In this document: positions 26,229 to 37,796 of the stretch, one piece after another | How positions within the stretch are numbered: position 1 is the stretch's first letter | Layout of the letters: every line of letters begins with the position of its first letter | Assembly: GCA_028282585.1 (NCBI GenBank) | Contig: JANQHR010000172.1 | Location: 1-64,000 of the forward strand | From: Bacteroidales bacterium | Lineage (GTDB): Bacteria; Bacteroidota; Bacteroidia; Bacteroidales; UBA12077 | Direction of reading: 5' to 3' | DNA: 64,000 nucleotides | Notes under the pieces: generated by a model | The model's database searches: none | The model's input: only the letters and a program-made list of their open reading frames with translations | What the model was told of the DNA's origin: nothing | Made by a program: the position numbers and the translations under genes

Positions 26229-29159
26229 TTAAATTAAAATATTTTTTGAGATTGTAAATTTAAAAGTACTTCCTTTTTTTGGTTCACTTTCAGCCCATAT
26301 TTTACCATTGTGTTTTTCAACAAACTCCTGGCAAAGAATCAGACCAAGACCACTTCCTTGTTCTTTGGATGTTCCTTCAGTAGAATGATGCATATCAACC
26401 TTAAAAAGTTTATTTATGTTTTCCTCGCTGATACCTACTCCGTTATCCATAACGGAGATTTCAATATGTTCTTTAAAAGTCTCCGAGCTAATTCGAATAA
26501 AACTATCACTATATGAGAATTTTATTGCATTTGAGATCAGATTTCTCATTATTGTGGTTAACATATCATAATCAGCAACAATTCTTGTATCAGAGCGAAT
26601 TTCATTCACAAGATTTATACTCTTCTTTTTAGCATTCATGCTCAAAAGGTTGAATGTTTTATTAATTAAATCAGAAAGATTTATTTCCTGAGGTCTGAAT
26701 TCCATCTTACCTCGTTGAGATCTTGACCAGTGTAATAAATTCTCAAGTAATTCTAATAAATCATCCGCAGATTTATAAATAATTTCAATTGATTGCTTAA
26801 TTTCTGCCGAGTCGAATTCTTCGTAATTACTGATTAAATGATGTGTTAAGCCATGTAATGCATTAAAAGGGTTTCTTAAATCATGTGCAATAATTGAAAA
26901 GAATTTATCTTTAGTGGCATTTAGTACTTTAAGATTGTCTTTCGACTCTTTAAGTAATCTATTTGAATGATCAGCTTCAGCAATTTTTTCTTGTAAAAGA
27001 ATATTTGTTTTTCTTTTTGATAAAAATTGAACAAATATTAAAGAGCTGGAGGTTAGGGTAATAAGAAATATTATAATCAAAAGGTTTCTTACATTTTTTT
27101 GTTTCTTTAATTCCAGTTCACGAATTTTACTTTCCGCAGTAAGCTGGTTTACCTCATTCTCAATTCGATCAATTTCACTATAACTTTTTTCTAATTCAAA
27201 ATTCATTTGGATCTCAACCAATTTCTGCGAATTCATTTTAGCATTTAGCGTATCTTTAATAACAGTATAATTTATATAGCTATCTAATGCTTTATCTTTG
27301 TTTCCAATTGAATTGTAGTAATTGAAAAGCTCTAGATAAGCCAATTTTATAAGTTCTAAATTATCAATATTTTGTCCTATTTTTAATGATTGTTCAATAT
27401 TCTGAACTCCATCATCAATGAATCCTTTCTCAATTTGAATTACTCCAATTTTTCTTAAACAAAGAGCCATTAAATATTGATCATTAGTTTTTTGACAAAT
27501 ACCTACCGTTCTTGTAAAATAATCTAACGCGGAGTTTAAGTTATTTTGTTTTAAATAATAATTTCCCAGATCTTTAAGTACTTCGCTAACTCCTTTTATA
27601 TCTCCAATTTCATCTCTTAATTTAAATGCTTCGTTAAGATTATTATATGCTTTAAGATAATCTCCAAGTTCAAGGTAAGTATTTCCAATACTTTTATATG
27701 AATTTGCAGTGCTTACTTTATCACCAACTTCTAACCTTAATGATAAAGATTCATTATAATATTCAAGAGCTTTTGAAAAGTTTTTTAACTTGAGATAAGT
27801 ATTTCCAATAATATGCAATGAGTAAGCAATTTCTTTATTATTTCCAATTTTTCTTTTTATTTCCAGTGCTTTAGAATAAGATTCCAATGCTTTGGAATAG
27901 TTATTAATATTATCATAAATAATTCCAATATTATTTAGTATAGACGCAATTTTATCCTGATTATTTAATTCTTGCTGCAATTTTAGGGCCTTTAGATAGT
28001 TTTCTAAAGCAAGGTCGTACCTGTTCAATTTTTTGTATAAACTGCCCAATTGGTTTATAGTGCTAGCAATAAGAGATTTATTTCCAATCTTTGAATAATT
28101 ATTAAGAGACATGCTTAGATAATCTAATGCTTCTTCATGTTTTTCAAGCTGTTTATAAACCAAGGCAATATTTTTTTGAGTTTGAGCGGCGCCTAAAACA
28201 TCATTGATTGCTTCTCTTATTTTAAGAGATGTGAAATAAAACTCTAATGCATTTTCCAAATCTTTATTAGCCAGATAAATACTTCCAATAACATTATATG
28301 AATTTGAAATTTCTTTCCGGCTTCCATTTTCAGTTCTAAGCTCAAGTGCCTTTATGTTGTAGTCCAGGGCCTTTTTAAATTCACCAATGTCTTTATAGAT
28401 TATTCCAATATTGGAAAGTATATTAGCTTCACCTATCGTGTCGGTTAATTCTCGATACATATCGAGAGCTTTTTCATAATAATACAGAGAACTATCATAT
28501 TTACTTTTATACCAATACAAACTCCCAAAACTCTTTAAAGTATTTGCAATTTCATTTTGATCTAAAGAAGTATTGGCAGCATTTAATGCTTTTTGATGAA
28601 AATTTGCAGCATGATTATATTGACCCTGAAATTTATAAATAATCCCAATATTATTATAAGCCTCAGAGATTTTAAGGTTATTTTCAGCTAAATATAAATT
28701 TAGTGGTTTTTGATAATAAAAAAGAGCATTATTATAATTTCCGAGCATCCTTTCTGTATGCCCCAATTTATTATATATATAAATTTTAGTGTCAGTTTCC
28801 CGTTGTTCATAAAAATAATCGAGGGCTTTTTCATAAAATTCAATGGCAGGCCGAAATCTACTCATTTCAAAATATACATCGGCTATATAAATATTCGATT
28901 TCGCTATTAATTCGGCATTATTGAGTTTTTCAGAAATTTCAAGCGATTTGCCCGCAAAATTTAAACTCTTTCTCAAATCGATAGTAAAATATACATAGGT
29001 AAGTTCGCCCAGAATAGAAACAGATTCCTCATTGGTTGATTTCTTTAATTGTGTTTCAAGGCTATCAATTCTTGACCTACTATTTGAAAAACAATTTTTG
29101 CTTTCGCCCAAAACTATTAACAAACATAAAACTAAAATATAATCAAATCTCATGCACAA
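26229..29159 (-). CDS. TPR-repeat sensor histidine kinase
   Basis: Signal peptide; many TPRs (NNIGIIY..AL..Y.KAL); TM; KDKFFSIIAHDLRNPF; NLISNAIKF; GSGLGL. Confidence 0.92.
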   Translation of the reverse strand: MCMRFDYILVLCLLIVLGESKNCFSNSRSRIDSLETQLKKSTNEESVSILGELTYVYFTIDLRKSLNFAGKSLEISEKLNNAELIAKSNIYIADVYFEMSRFRPAIEFYEKALDYFYEQRETDTKIYIYNKLGHTERMLGNYNNALFYYQKPLNLYLAENNLKISEAYNNIGIIYKFQGQYNHAANFHQKALNAANTSLDQNEIANTLKSFGSLYWYKSKYDSSLYYYEKALDMYRELTDTIGEANILSNIGIIYKDIGEFKKALDYNIKALELRTENGSRKEISNSYNVIGSIYLANKDLENALEFYFTSLKIREAINDVLGAAQTQKNIALVYKQLEKHEEALDYLSMSLNNYSKIGNKSLIASTINQLGSLYKKLNRYDLALENYLKALKLQQELNNQDKIASILNNIGIIYDNINNYSKALESYSKALEIKRKIGNNKEIAYSLHIIGNTYLKLKNFSKALEYYNESLSLRLEVGDKVSTANSYKSIGNTYLELGDYLKAYNNLNEAFKLRDEIGDIKGVSEVLKDLGNYYLKQNNLNSALDYFTRTVGICQKTNDQYLMALCLRKIGVIQIEKGFIDDGVQNIEQSLKIGQNIDNLELIKLAYLELFNYYNSIGNKDKALDSYINYTVIKDTLNAKMNSQKLVEIQMNFELEKSYSEIDRIENEVNQLTAESKIRELELKKQKNVRNLLIIIFLITLTSSSLIFVQFLSKRKTNILLQEKIAEADHSNRLLKESKDNLKVLNATKDKFFSIIAHDLRNPFNALHGLTHHLISNYEEFDSAEIKQSIEIIYKSADDLLELLENLLHWSRSQRGKMEFRPQEINLSDLINKTFNLLSMNAKKKSINLVNEIRSDTRIVADYDMLTTIMRNLISNAIKFSYSDSFIRISSETFKEHIEISVMDNGVGISEENINKLFKVDMHHSTEGTSKEQGSGLGLILCQEFVEKHNGKIWAESEPKKGSTFKFTISKNILI

Positions 29160-29209
29160 AATTTTCCGTTAACAACTAATCTTGATTTTTTAGTCTTAAT
29201 ATACTGATT

Positions 29210-31513
29210 TTATACTTCTATTAACTTATCCATTGTAAACTCAAATTTACTACCTTTTCCAAGGGTACTATCCACAGTTATATCTCCTCCGCTTTGTGTA
29301 ATAAGTTCTTTGCATAAAATAAGTCCTAATCCGGTACCAGATTCATTTTCAGTACCTCTTGTAGAATAAGTTTGGTCAATTTTAAATAGTTTTACAATAT
29401 TTTCTTGACTTATTCCTTTTCCATTGTCTTGTACGGAAATTTTTATCTTATTGTTTTCATCATAGGATGAAATTAAAATATTTCCGCCTTTGTTTGTAAA
29501 CTTTATAGCGTTACTAATCAAATTTCTCAACACGGTTGATATTACATGTTTATCAGCAATGATAAAAATTTTATTATCTACGTGATTTTCAATTTGGATG
29601 TTTTTCTTTTCTGCAGATGTGTCAAAAAGTGATAGAACATCATCAACGGAATCTGATAAATTTAATTTGATAGGTATAAGATTAACACTTCCCAGTTGTG
29701 ATTTGGACCACTGAAGAAGATTTCCTAAAAGGTTAAATAAATTCTGCGATGATTCATACATCAATTTTGTGTATTCGTTTATTTGCTCTTCGCTTAATTC
29801 ATCTCGATCATTGTATATTGTTTCGGAGAAACCTAATAGCGATTGAAATGGATTCTTCAAATCATGTGCTATAATAGAAAAAAACTTGTCCTTAGTTGCG
29901 TTAAGCTCTTTTAAATTATATTGAGATATAGTTAATTTCTTATTTGTATCTTTTAATTGTTGATTCTTAGATCTTAGTAATCTATTCGTCTTTTTCTTAA
30001 GTCTAAACTGACTGAAACTTAAAACTGCTAAGGCTAGTATTAATAAGGAAAAAGCTATCCAATAGTTTTTTAGATTTTTTTGACGGTTTAATTCTAATAA
30101 TTGTATTTGATTATCTTTTTTTAACAGCTCATTTTCAGTTTCAAGATTTTCGGTTTCATATTTAATTTTCATTTCGGTAATTCTGTCAGAACTTTCAGTA
30201 GTGTAAATACTATTATTTATTTCAGAATATAATTTATAATATTCTAGTGCCTTTTTATAATTACTAAGTTCTGAATACAACTGATGATAAAGATCGTAGG
30301 ATTCCAGAAGCCATTCTTTTACATTGATTTGTTTTGCTAATTCTATCGCTGTATTAAGGTTATTTTGCGCCTGTATATATTGTTTTTGTTTTAGGTATAA
30401 CTTTGCGAGATTATTATGTGTATTTGATAGACTGTAGATATCATTACGTTCTCTTGATAAATTGGCAGATTCTTTTAAATTCGCATAAGCTTTATCATAA
30501 TCACCGGAATCCAAATATATAAGTCCGATGTTATTTAAACATGTTGCTATTCCTTCAGTGTTATTAATCTCTTGATCAATCTGTAACGATTTATTATAGT
30601 ACTCTAAAGCTTTTTGCTTATCACCTTTTTCGTCATAAATTGTACCTAAGTTATTATAGGCCATGGCTTGTCCGGATTGGTCGCCTAATTCAATAAATAT
30701 TTCAATTGTTTTTTGGTAATATTCTAGTGCTTTATCGTGTTCTTTTATCGACTGGAATAAAATTCCAAGCAAATTAAACGATGATGCTAAACCCCTTTTG
30801 TTTTCAGTTTTTTTATATAATTCTAAGGCATTTAAAAAGTATTTTAAGGCTTCATCGTAGCTTGAAATCTCGATATAAATATTTCCCATCCCATTATATA
30901 TATCGGCTAGATCTTCTTCATAATTTAACTCACTTGCTAAATTTTCGGCTTTAAGAAAATATTCTAATCCTTCTCTATATTTACTCTTTTCTGAGTACAT
31001 GTCAGCAATAATCGTGTAGTAGGTGATAATATCTTCATTATCTTTTCTATTTGCACTTTCGTCAAGAGCGTTCTGAAAATGATTAATTGCTTCTAAATAA
31101 TCATTTCTATTAACATATTCAAAGGCAATGTTATGGTATATATTCGTTATACCTTGAGAATCTTCAATTTCGAGTCTTAAGTTTAAACATTTATTATAAA
31201 ATTCTAAAGCTAGATTACTTTCTCCCTTAAAAGAATAAACATTTCCAATTCGGTTATATGCATCTGATATTCCTTTTTTATCACGAACAATGTGGGCTAA
31301 ATTCAGAGCTTCATTTGCATAATATAAGCTACTGTCTAATGAAATGCTCCAATAATTCTGAGAAATGCTATTTAAAATTTCAATTTTACCTTTCTCATTA
31401 GTTTTATCCAATTCTATAAATAGGCTATCTAAAGTTTGTCGTTCACTCTGTGCATAAATTATGAACGACGTTAAAATTAATACCGTTAGGGCATAGATTC
31501 CTTTTTTTAGCAT
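29210..31513 (-). CDS. TPR-repeat sensor histidine kinase (paralog)
   Basis: Same architecture with fewer TPRs; KDKFFSIIAHDLKNPF; GTGLGL. Confidence 0.92.
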   Translation of the reverse strand: MLKKGIYALTVLILTSFIIYAQSERQTLDSLFIELDKTNEKGKIEILNSISQNYWSISLDSSLYYANEALNLAHIVRDKKGISDAYNRIGNVYSFKGESNLALEFYNKCLNLRLEIEDSQGITNIYHNIAFEYVNRNDYLEAINHFQNALDESANRKDNEDIITYYTIIADMYSEKSKYREGLEYFLKAENLASELNYEEDLADIYNGMGNIYIEISSYDEALKYFLNALELYKKTENKRGLASSFNLLGILFQSIKEHDKALEYYQKTIEIFIELGDQSGQAMAYNNLGTIYDEKGDKQKALEYYNKSLQIDQEINNTEGIATCLNNIGLIYLDSGDYDKAYANLKESANLSRERNDIYSLSNTHNNLAKLYLKQKQYIQAQNNLNTAIELAKQINVKEWLLESYDLYHQLYSELSNYKKALEYYKLYSEINNSIYTTESSDRITEMKIKYETENLETENELLKKDNQIQLLELNRQKNLKNYWIAFSLLILALAVLSFSQFRLKKKTNRLLRSKNQQLKDTNKKLTISQYNLKELNATKDKFFSIIAHDLKNPFQSLLGFSETIYNDRDELSEEQINEYTKLMYESSQNLFNLLGNLLQWSKSQLGSVNLIPIKLNLSDSVDDVLSLFDTSAEKKNIQIENHVDNKIFIIADKHVISTVLRNLISNAIKFTNKGGNILISSYDENNKIKISVQDNGKGISQENIVKLFKIDQTYSTRGTENESGTGLGLILCKELITQSGGDITVDSTLGKGSKFEFTMDKLIEV

Positions 31514-31592
31514 GTGGTTTAGAATATTTATTTGGCGATCAAGTTATGAAAATATTGTCAATATTAAAAACTGGTTTACATTACCTATGGCT

Positions 31593-32987
31593 CTATTTAG
31601 TTTGATTTTTAAGCTTTTCACCTACCTTACTGCGAATTCTTCCTCTAAAAAGTTTAGTAGTAATCTCGTCCTCCAGATTTAATTCATCCACATTTTTTAT
31701 TATCTTATCATTGTGGTAAGTAATAGAGTATCCTCTTTTTAAAATATTTTTAGGATCTAATAAATCCATACGTTTAATACTATTCTTTAATAATAAGGCT
31801 TCATTTCTTAATTTAAACAAACTGCTACGCTTTAACTCTTTTTTATAAGACTTTACTCTTTCAATATTTCTTAATATTAAATAATTTGATTGTTGCCTTA
31901 TTTTTTTACCAGAAATATTGAAAAAGTTATTTTGATCTTTTAAATAAATATTGATATTATTTCTAAGTTTTTCGTTTATTAATTTTAACTTATGATTCTG
32001 ATTATCAACATTATTTTTTACAGAAGGAATTATAATGTTTGATAAACTGGCAAGCTTTGTTTTTAAATTTTGTGTCTTATCCTGGACAAACTCAATAAGT
32101 TGATTTCTTAAATTGACAAGGTTTTTTTCAAAATTGTTAGCTCTTTCAATTATATATTCAGCAACAGCAGTAGGCGTTTTAAGTTTTTTATAAGCGACAA
32201 GATCAGCAATTGATTCATCTTTGTCATGACCAATTCCGGTTAAAACTGGCAAAGGGAATTGTGCTATATTAGCAGCAAGCAAGTAACTATTAAAATAACT
32301 TAAATCAGCTTGTGATCCACCACCTCTTATTATAACTACTACATCAAACAATTCTTCATGTTCAAAAATTTTTTCTAATGAATTAATAATTGTTTCTTCT
32401 GTATGGGTTCCCTGCATTAAGGAAGAAAATAATTTTGTATAGAATTTATAGTTATAACTATTATTTTCGAGCTGATTTATGAAATCTTGATATCCAGCAG
32501 CATTTTCTGATGAAATAATAGCAATTCTTTGTGGAACTAAGGGGAAATTTAACTCTTTATTTAAATTTATCACTCCATCTTCTTCAAGACGCTTTATTAT
32601 TTCAGCCTTTTTCTGGGCAAGGTCTCCAAGAGTATAATTTGGATCAATATCGGAGATATTTAAGCTTAGCCCGTAAAGTTCGTGAAATTCTACTTTTGCT
32701 TTAACTAAAAGTTTAATTCCAGGAATTAATTCGTGTCCGGTTACACTTTCGAAGTAAGGTCTTAACATTCGGTAGGTAAATGCCCATATTGTTGCTCTGG
32801 TTTTAGCAATTATGTTGTCGGTTATAGCGTCTTTTTCGATTAACTCTAAATAACAATGTCCATTTCTGTTAACCTTTAATTCGCTTATCTCACCAATAAT
32901 CCATATATTATTAGGAAAACCTGAATAAATTTGTTCCTGTATAGCTTTATTTAATTCGAGTAGGGTGAATTGTTTATCCATACTCAT
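31593..32987 (-). CDS. xseA: Exodeoxyribonuclease VII large subunit
   Basis: OB-fold WIIGEISE..GHCYLEL; IIRGGGS; TGIGHDKD; TPTAVAE; LKRGYS. Confidence 0.95.
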   Translation of the reverse strand: MSMDKQFTLLELNKAIQEQIYSGFPNNIWIIGEISELKVNRNGHCYLELIEKDAITDNIIAKTRATIWAFTYRMLRPYFESVTGHELIPGIKLLVKAKVEFHELYGLSLNISDIDPNYTLGDLAQKKAEIIKRLEEDGVINLNKELNFPLVPQRIAIISSENAAGYQDFINQLENNSYNYKFYTKLFSSLMQGTHTEETIINSLEKIFEHEELFDVVVIIRGGGSQADLSYFNSYLLAANIAQFPLPVLTGIGHDKDESIADLVAYKKLKTPTAVAEYIIERANNFEKNLVNLRNQLIEFVQDKTQNLKTKLASLSNIIIPSVKNNVDNQNHKLKLINEKLRNNINIYLKDQNNFFNISGKKIRQQSNYLILRNIERVKSYKKELKRSSLFKLRNEALLLKNSIKRMDLLDPKNILKRGYSITYHNDKIIKNVDELNLEDEITTKLFRGRIRSKVGEKLKNQTK

Positions 32988-34627
32988 TAAATTTTGGAAA
33001 CTCTCTTTTGTATAACTTGATTGCCAATTGTAATTTTAAGTAAATAAATTCCGGGGGAAAGATTACTTAAATTGCTAATGTAAATTACTTTAGATTTAAC
33101 CTTAGAATATTCATATTCAGAAATTTTACTACCGGTTATGTTAAATAATTCAACAGAAATATCTTGAGCTAATTTCTGAGTTATTTCAATCTGAATATAT
33201 TCTGCAAAAGGATTAGGATAAATTTTAATGATAGCCTGCTCTATAAATTTGCTTATTGTAGTTTTTGTTAATTCGGCAGCTTTCCCAAAATCCGGAATAC
33301 CATATCCAAGTTTATTATCTGGATTAGAATACTGATGACCACTTTCTTCTATCTTCTTTAAAATTTTCATATTATTTAAATCTGGATAGTATTGCCATAA
33401 ACAAGCAGCCATTCCGGCAATTATTGGAGTTGAAAATGAAGTTCCATTAGCAACAGTTATTGCTCCGTTACTTCCTTGAACGGAAGTTTGATAACCCATA
33501 GCTGCAATATTTGGTTTTATTCTACCATCGTACGTTGGTCCAAGTCCACTAAAATATGCATAATCAGCAAAAGCGTCCACTGCACCAACTGTAAGTACGC
33601 TATCTCCATCGGCTGGCGCAGAAATATATGTCCAAGGGTCATCTGCTAAATTTCCAGCACTGCTTAATACCAATATTCCCTTTGATGCAGCAATGTCAGC
33701 AGCTCTTGTAATAAATGTAGTATTTCCGTCCATATCTGCATAAGAATAGTTTTGAGATGCATCATCAAACTCTGAATAGCCTAATGATGATGTAATGATA
33801 TCGCAACCAACACTGTCGGCAAATTCTGCTGCTGCAACCCAATTATCTTCTTCAATGGAAAATTCGGTAGAAACATTTTCACTTCTTAACAACCAATAGC
33901 TTGCTTTAGGTGCAGTTCCAATTAACTGACCAGGAATATTAGCTCCCATGGTTGATAACACTTTCATACCATGTTCGGAAGCATCATATACTTGTTGATC
34001 TCCTTCAACAAAATCTCTTGTTCCTAGTATTTGGTTGTTAGATCTTAAGCTATCAAATGCAGGTAAAATGTCCACATTATAAAATCCTGCATCAATAACT
34101 CCAATAGTTATACCCTGACCTTTATAACCATTTATATGTAAAGCATGACCATTAATCATGCTTATTTGGGTTGTTCCATATCCATAATCTAAATGATCAC
34201 CTTGTTCTAATACTTCAGTAAGATGACTCTTTGCAAATATCATTCTTTTAGCTGAAGGTGTTAAGTTATTATTTACCTTTTCTTTGGATTTTATGAATCC
34301 TAACTGAGTTATAGTGTCTATTAGTTCATGGTCGGTAGAATAAACAACAACGGAATTTAACCATTTAGATTTATTAAGAACACGAAGGCCGAGGGAATTG
34401 AGACTGTCTAAATAATTCTGTGAGATTGGCAGATCTCTTAAATTAATTTCAATATTATATTTTGCTCTTCGATCTAATGCTTTTTGCGAAAGAAAATCTT
34501 CGGGAATATTTAATATGTAAGTATTATTGTTTTTATCTGTTAGAAATAATCGATAACTGTTTTCAGCAACTTGTGAAAATGAAGTTAATGTAGAAAATAA
34601 AATATAGAATATAAAAGTCTTTTTCAT
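32987..34627 (-). CDS. Subtilisin-like S8 serine peptidase with a T9SS C-terminal sorting domain (likely start 34627)
   Basis: Triad motifs IDAGF / HGMKV / GTSFS; IYPNPF..LSPGIYLLKI CTD. Confidence 0.92.
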   Translation of the reverse strand: MKKTFIFYILFSTLTSFSQVAENSYRLFLTDKNNNTYILNIPEDFLSQKALDRRAKYNIEINLRDLPISQNYLDSLNSLGLRVLNKSKWLNSVVVYSTDHELIDTITQLGFIKSKEKVNNNLTPSAKRMIFAKSHLTEVLEQGDHLDYGYGTTQISMINGHALHINGYKGQGITIGVIDAGFYNVDILPAFDSLRSNNQILGTRDFVEGDQQVYDASEHGMKVLSTMGANIPGQLIGTAPKASYWLLRSENVSTEFSIEEDNWVAAAEFADSVGCDIITSSLGYSEFDDASQNYSYADMDGNTTFITRAADIAASKGILVLSSAGNLADDPWTYISAPADGDSVLTVGAVDAFADYAYFSGLGPTYDGRIKPNIAAMGYQTSVQGSNGAITVANGTSFSTPIIAGMAACLWQYYPDLNNMKILKKIEESGHQYSNPDNKLGYGIPDFGKAAELTKTTISKFIEQAIIKIYPNPFAEYIQIEITQKLAQDISVELFNITGSKISEYEYSKVKSKVIYISNLSNLSPGIYLLKITIGNQVIQKRVSKI

Positions 34628-34699
34628 AAATAGGTTTACAAATAATTTGCTAAAAGGTTGCAAATATTTGAAAATGAAACCGTATAAGATTGGTTATTT

Positions 34700-35500
34700 T
34701 TAATTACCAGGAGGAATTCCATTATACATTGATTCTGACGGATCTAAAATTTTCCCTTTTTGATTTTCTAACATCTTTATTTGTTCATCTTCTAATCTCT
34801 CCAGTTCTTCCTGGTTTTCAGCTATCCCATTAATGTAGTTCAGTTCATCCCTCACGTGTCCGTTTTCTTTATAATAAATCCATTTACCTTCACGCTTATT
34901 ATTCACATATTGACCTTGAATTAAAATATTTTCTTCCGTACCGTAAATATTATATTCACCATCAAGTTTATTGTTTTTGTACATGATTCTCATCAGCACT
35001 TTTCCATCTTGATAATACCTCTTGGTTAAACCATCTTGAATTCCGTTCTTCCATTCTGATTTTTCTGAAACAGCACCATTTTTGTAGAATTTCTTTTCAG
35101 TACCATTCTTTATATCATTTGTATAAGCTACTGTATTAATTTTATCACCTTTTTCAGTATAATAAATCCAGATACTATCTTTTTTTCTGCTTACGAAATA
35201 ACCTTCTGCTTGCAAAACTTTATCAGGATAATAAAATTTAGTATATACTTTATTTGAATTTTCAGCATGGTTCATTATAGCAACTAACGCACCATCCTTA
35301 TTAAACCTTATAAACTCACCTATGGGTTTATTATCTTTGAAGTTACCTTTATATTGCATTTTTCCATTTGGATAAAATTTTTCCCAGTAACCTTGCTTTA
35401 AACCATTTTGATCGGTTTGATTTTTTTGTTGATCCTGGGCAATACCCGATAGTGTAATGCTTACAAAAATTAAAGTAATAGTGAAAATATGTGCTTTCAT
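34700..35500 (-). CDS. Secreted MORN-variant repeat protein (YwqK-like)
   Basis: Signal peptide; repeated G.W..YY.NG units. Confidence 0.8.
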   Translation of the reverse strand: MKAHIFTITLIFVSITLSGIAQDQQKNQTDQNGLKQGYWEKFYPNGKMQYKGNFKDNKPIGEFIRFNKDGALVAIMNHAENSNKVYTKFYYPDKVLQAEGYFVSRKKDSIWIYYTEKGDKINTVAYTNDIKNGTEKKFYKNGAVSEKSEWKNGIQDGLTKRYYQDGKVLMRIMYKNNKLDGEYNIYGTEENILIQGQYVNNKREGKWIYYKENGHVRDELNYINGIAENQEELERLEDEQIKMLENQKGKILDPSESMYNGIPPGN

Positions 35501-35561
35501 GTTATTAAGTTTTTTACAAAAGTAAAAGAATATTTTAGTTTTTTTGTTTATAAAAATGCAT

Positions 35562-35589
35562 AAAAAAAGCTCTCAAAACGAGAGCTTTT
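35562..35589 (-). terminator. dnaK terminator
   Basis: AAAAGCTCTC-AAAAC-GAGAGCTTTT. Confidence 0.75.
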
Positions 35590-35614
35590 ATTTTATAGTT
35601 ATGCTGTAATATTA

Positions 35615-37528
35615 TTATTTTACTTCTTCGAAATCTACATCTGTAACTTCCCCATCATTTTTCGCGCCCTGATCTTGTGCTCCTGCATTTGGATCAGCCT
35701 GAGGATCAGCTTGAGCTCCGGCTTCTTGTGAAGCTTTATACATTTCTTCAGATGCTTCTTTCCAGGCATTATTTAAAGCTTCAGTTTTAGCATCAATCTC
35801 TTCAAGATTTTCAGCTTTATGTACTTCTTTTAAGTCAGCTAATGCTTTTTCAATGTTTGCTTTTTTATCTGCAGATAATTTATCTCCAAATTCTTTAAGC
35901 TGCTTTTCCGTAGAAAATATTAAACTATCGGCAGCATTTAACTTATCAACTTTTTCACGAACTTGTTTATCTGCTTCTTCGTTTGCTTTTGCTTCATCGC
36001 GCATTCTTTTAATTTCATCGTCTGTTAAACCTGATGAAGATTCAATACGAATACTTTGTTCTTTATTTGTTGCTTTATCTTTTGCAGTAACATTAATAAT
36101 TCCGTTTGCATCAATATCAAAAGCTACTTCAACTTGAGGTACTCCTCGAGGTGCAGGTGGAATTCCATCTAAGTGGAAACGACCAATGGTTTTATTATCT
36201 TTTGCCATAGGTCTTTCACCTTGCAATACGTGAATCTCAACAGAAGGTTGATTATCAGCTGCAGTTGTAAAAGTTTCCGACTTTTTAGTTGGTATAGTAG
36301 TATTCGCTTCAATTAATTTAGTGAATACACCGCCCATTGTTTCAATACCTAGAGAAAGTGGAGTAACATCTAATAAAAGAACATCTTTTACATCACCGGT
36401 TAAAACACCACCTTGGATAGCTGCACCAACAGCTACAACCTCATCCGGATTTACACCTTTTGAAGGTTTTTTACCAAAGAATTTTTCAACTACTTCCTGG
36501 ATAGCAGGAATACGGGTAGAACCACCAACAAGAATAACTTCATCAATGTCAGATGGTTTCATGCTAGCATCGTTTAATGCTTTTTTGCAAGGTTCTAAAG
36601 TAGCCTGGATTAATTTATCAGCTAACTGTTCGAATTTAGCTCTTGATAAACTTTTAACCAAGTGTTTTGGAACACCATCAACAGGCATGATGTAAGGTAG
36701 ATTGATCTCTGTATTAGTTGAGCTAGATAGTTCAATTTTTGCCTTCTCAGCAGCTTCTTTCAATCTTTGAAGTGCCATAGGGTCTTTTCTTAGATCAATT
36801 CCCTCGTCATTTTTAAACTCTTCTGCTAACCAATCAATGATAACTTCATCAAAATCATCACCACCCAGGTGAGTATTACCATTTGTTGATTTTACTTCAA
36901 ATACTCCATCACCTAATTCAAGAACTGAAATATCGAAAGTACCGCCACCCAGGTCGAAGACAGCAACTGTAATTTCTCTATCTTTTTTATCTAAACCATA
37001 AGCTAAAGATGCAGCAGTAGGCTCATTAATAATACGTTTTACAGTTAGACCTGCAATTTCACCGGCTTCTTTTGTTGCCTGACGTTGAGAATCGCTAAAA
37101 TATGCAGGTACAGTAATAACAGCGTCATTAACTTCTTGTCCAAGGTAATCTTCGGCGGTTTTCTTCATTTTTTGAAGAACTATTGCCGAAATTTCCTGTG
37201 GTGAATATTGCCTGTCATCAATTTGTACCCTGGGAGTGTTATTGTCACCCTTAATAACTTTATATGATACCCGGTTAATTTCTTTTTGAACTTTATCGTA
37301 TGTTTCTCCCATAAATCTTTTAATAGAAGAAATGGTTTTAGTTGAATTTGTAATAGCCTGGCGTTTTGCAGGGTCACCAACTTTACGTTCTCCATTTTCG
37401 ATAAAAGCTACAATCGAAGGAGTAGTTCTTTTTCCTTCACTATTAGGAATAACAACAGGCTCATTTCCCTCCATTACTGAAACACATGAATTTGTTGTTC
37501 CTAAGTCTATACCAATTATTTTACTCAT
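35615..37528 (-). CDS. dnaK: Chaperone DnaK (Hsp70)
   Basis: [26 protein letters not shown] and NPDEVVA motifs; DVDFEEVK tail. Confidence 0.99.
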   Translation of the reverse strand: MSKIIGIDLGTTNSCVSVMEGNEPVVIPNSEGKRTTPSIVAFIENGERKVGDPAKRQAITNSTKTISSIKRFMGETYDKVQKEINRVSYKVIKGDNNTPRVQIDDRQYSPQEISAIVLQKMKKTAEDYLGQEVNDAVITVPAYFSDSQRQATKEAGEIAGLTVKRIINEPTAASLAYGLDKKDREITVAVFDLGGGTFDISVLELGDGVFEVKSTNGNTHLGGDDFDEVIIDWLAEEFKNDEGIDLRKDPMALQRLKEAAEKAKIELSSSTNTEINLPYIMPVDGVPKHLVKSLSRAKFEQLADKLIQATLEPCKKALNDASMKPSDIDEVILVGGSTRIPAIQEVVEKFFGKKPSKGVNPDEVVAVGAAIQGGVLTGDVKDVLLLDVTPLSLGIETMGGVFTKLIEANTTIPTKKSETFTTAADNQPSVEIHVLQGERPMAKDNKTIGRFHLDGIPPAPRGVPQVEVAFDIDANGIINVTAKDKATNKEQSIRIESSSGLTDDEIKRMRDEAKANEEADKQVREKVDKLNAADSLIFSTEKQLKEFGDKLSADKKANIEKALADLKEVHKAENLEEIDAKTEALNNAWKEASEEMYKASQEAGAQADPQADPNAGAQDQGAKNDGEVTDVDFEEVK

Positions 37529-37590
37529 CTTGTTATTTATTTTATGTTATTATATTATTGATTTCAAGAAATAATTTCGGATTCAATTAA

Positions 37591-37605
37591 TCAATCATTA
37601 TGCCA
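37591..37605 (-). promoter_or_regulatory. Sigma54 -24/-12 promoter of dnaK
   Basis: Minus strand TGGCATAATGATTGA; TGACA/TGTCA repeats upstream at 37628-37700. Confidence 0.65.
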
Positions 37606-37796
37606 ATAGTAATTTACCTGAAATAAATGAAAATCTGGCACCGATTAGAAAAATATAAAGAAACAGGTGTCATTTAATGTGACAAAAAGACATATTGTCA
37701 TATTGTTGATCTAATATAAAATGCGTTTCTAATAAAATATTGAACAATTAATTGGTATTATTTGTAGCTTTGTCCTCTGAATTAATTCATAAAGTC

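Noticed and set aside
34700-35500. YwqK-type antitoxin of a toxin-antitoxin system
   Set aside because: It has a signal peptide and no neighbouring toxin; generic MORN-variant repeats
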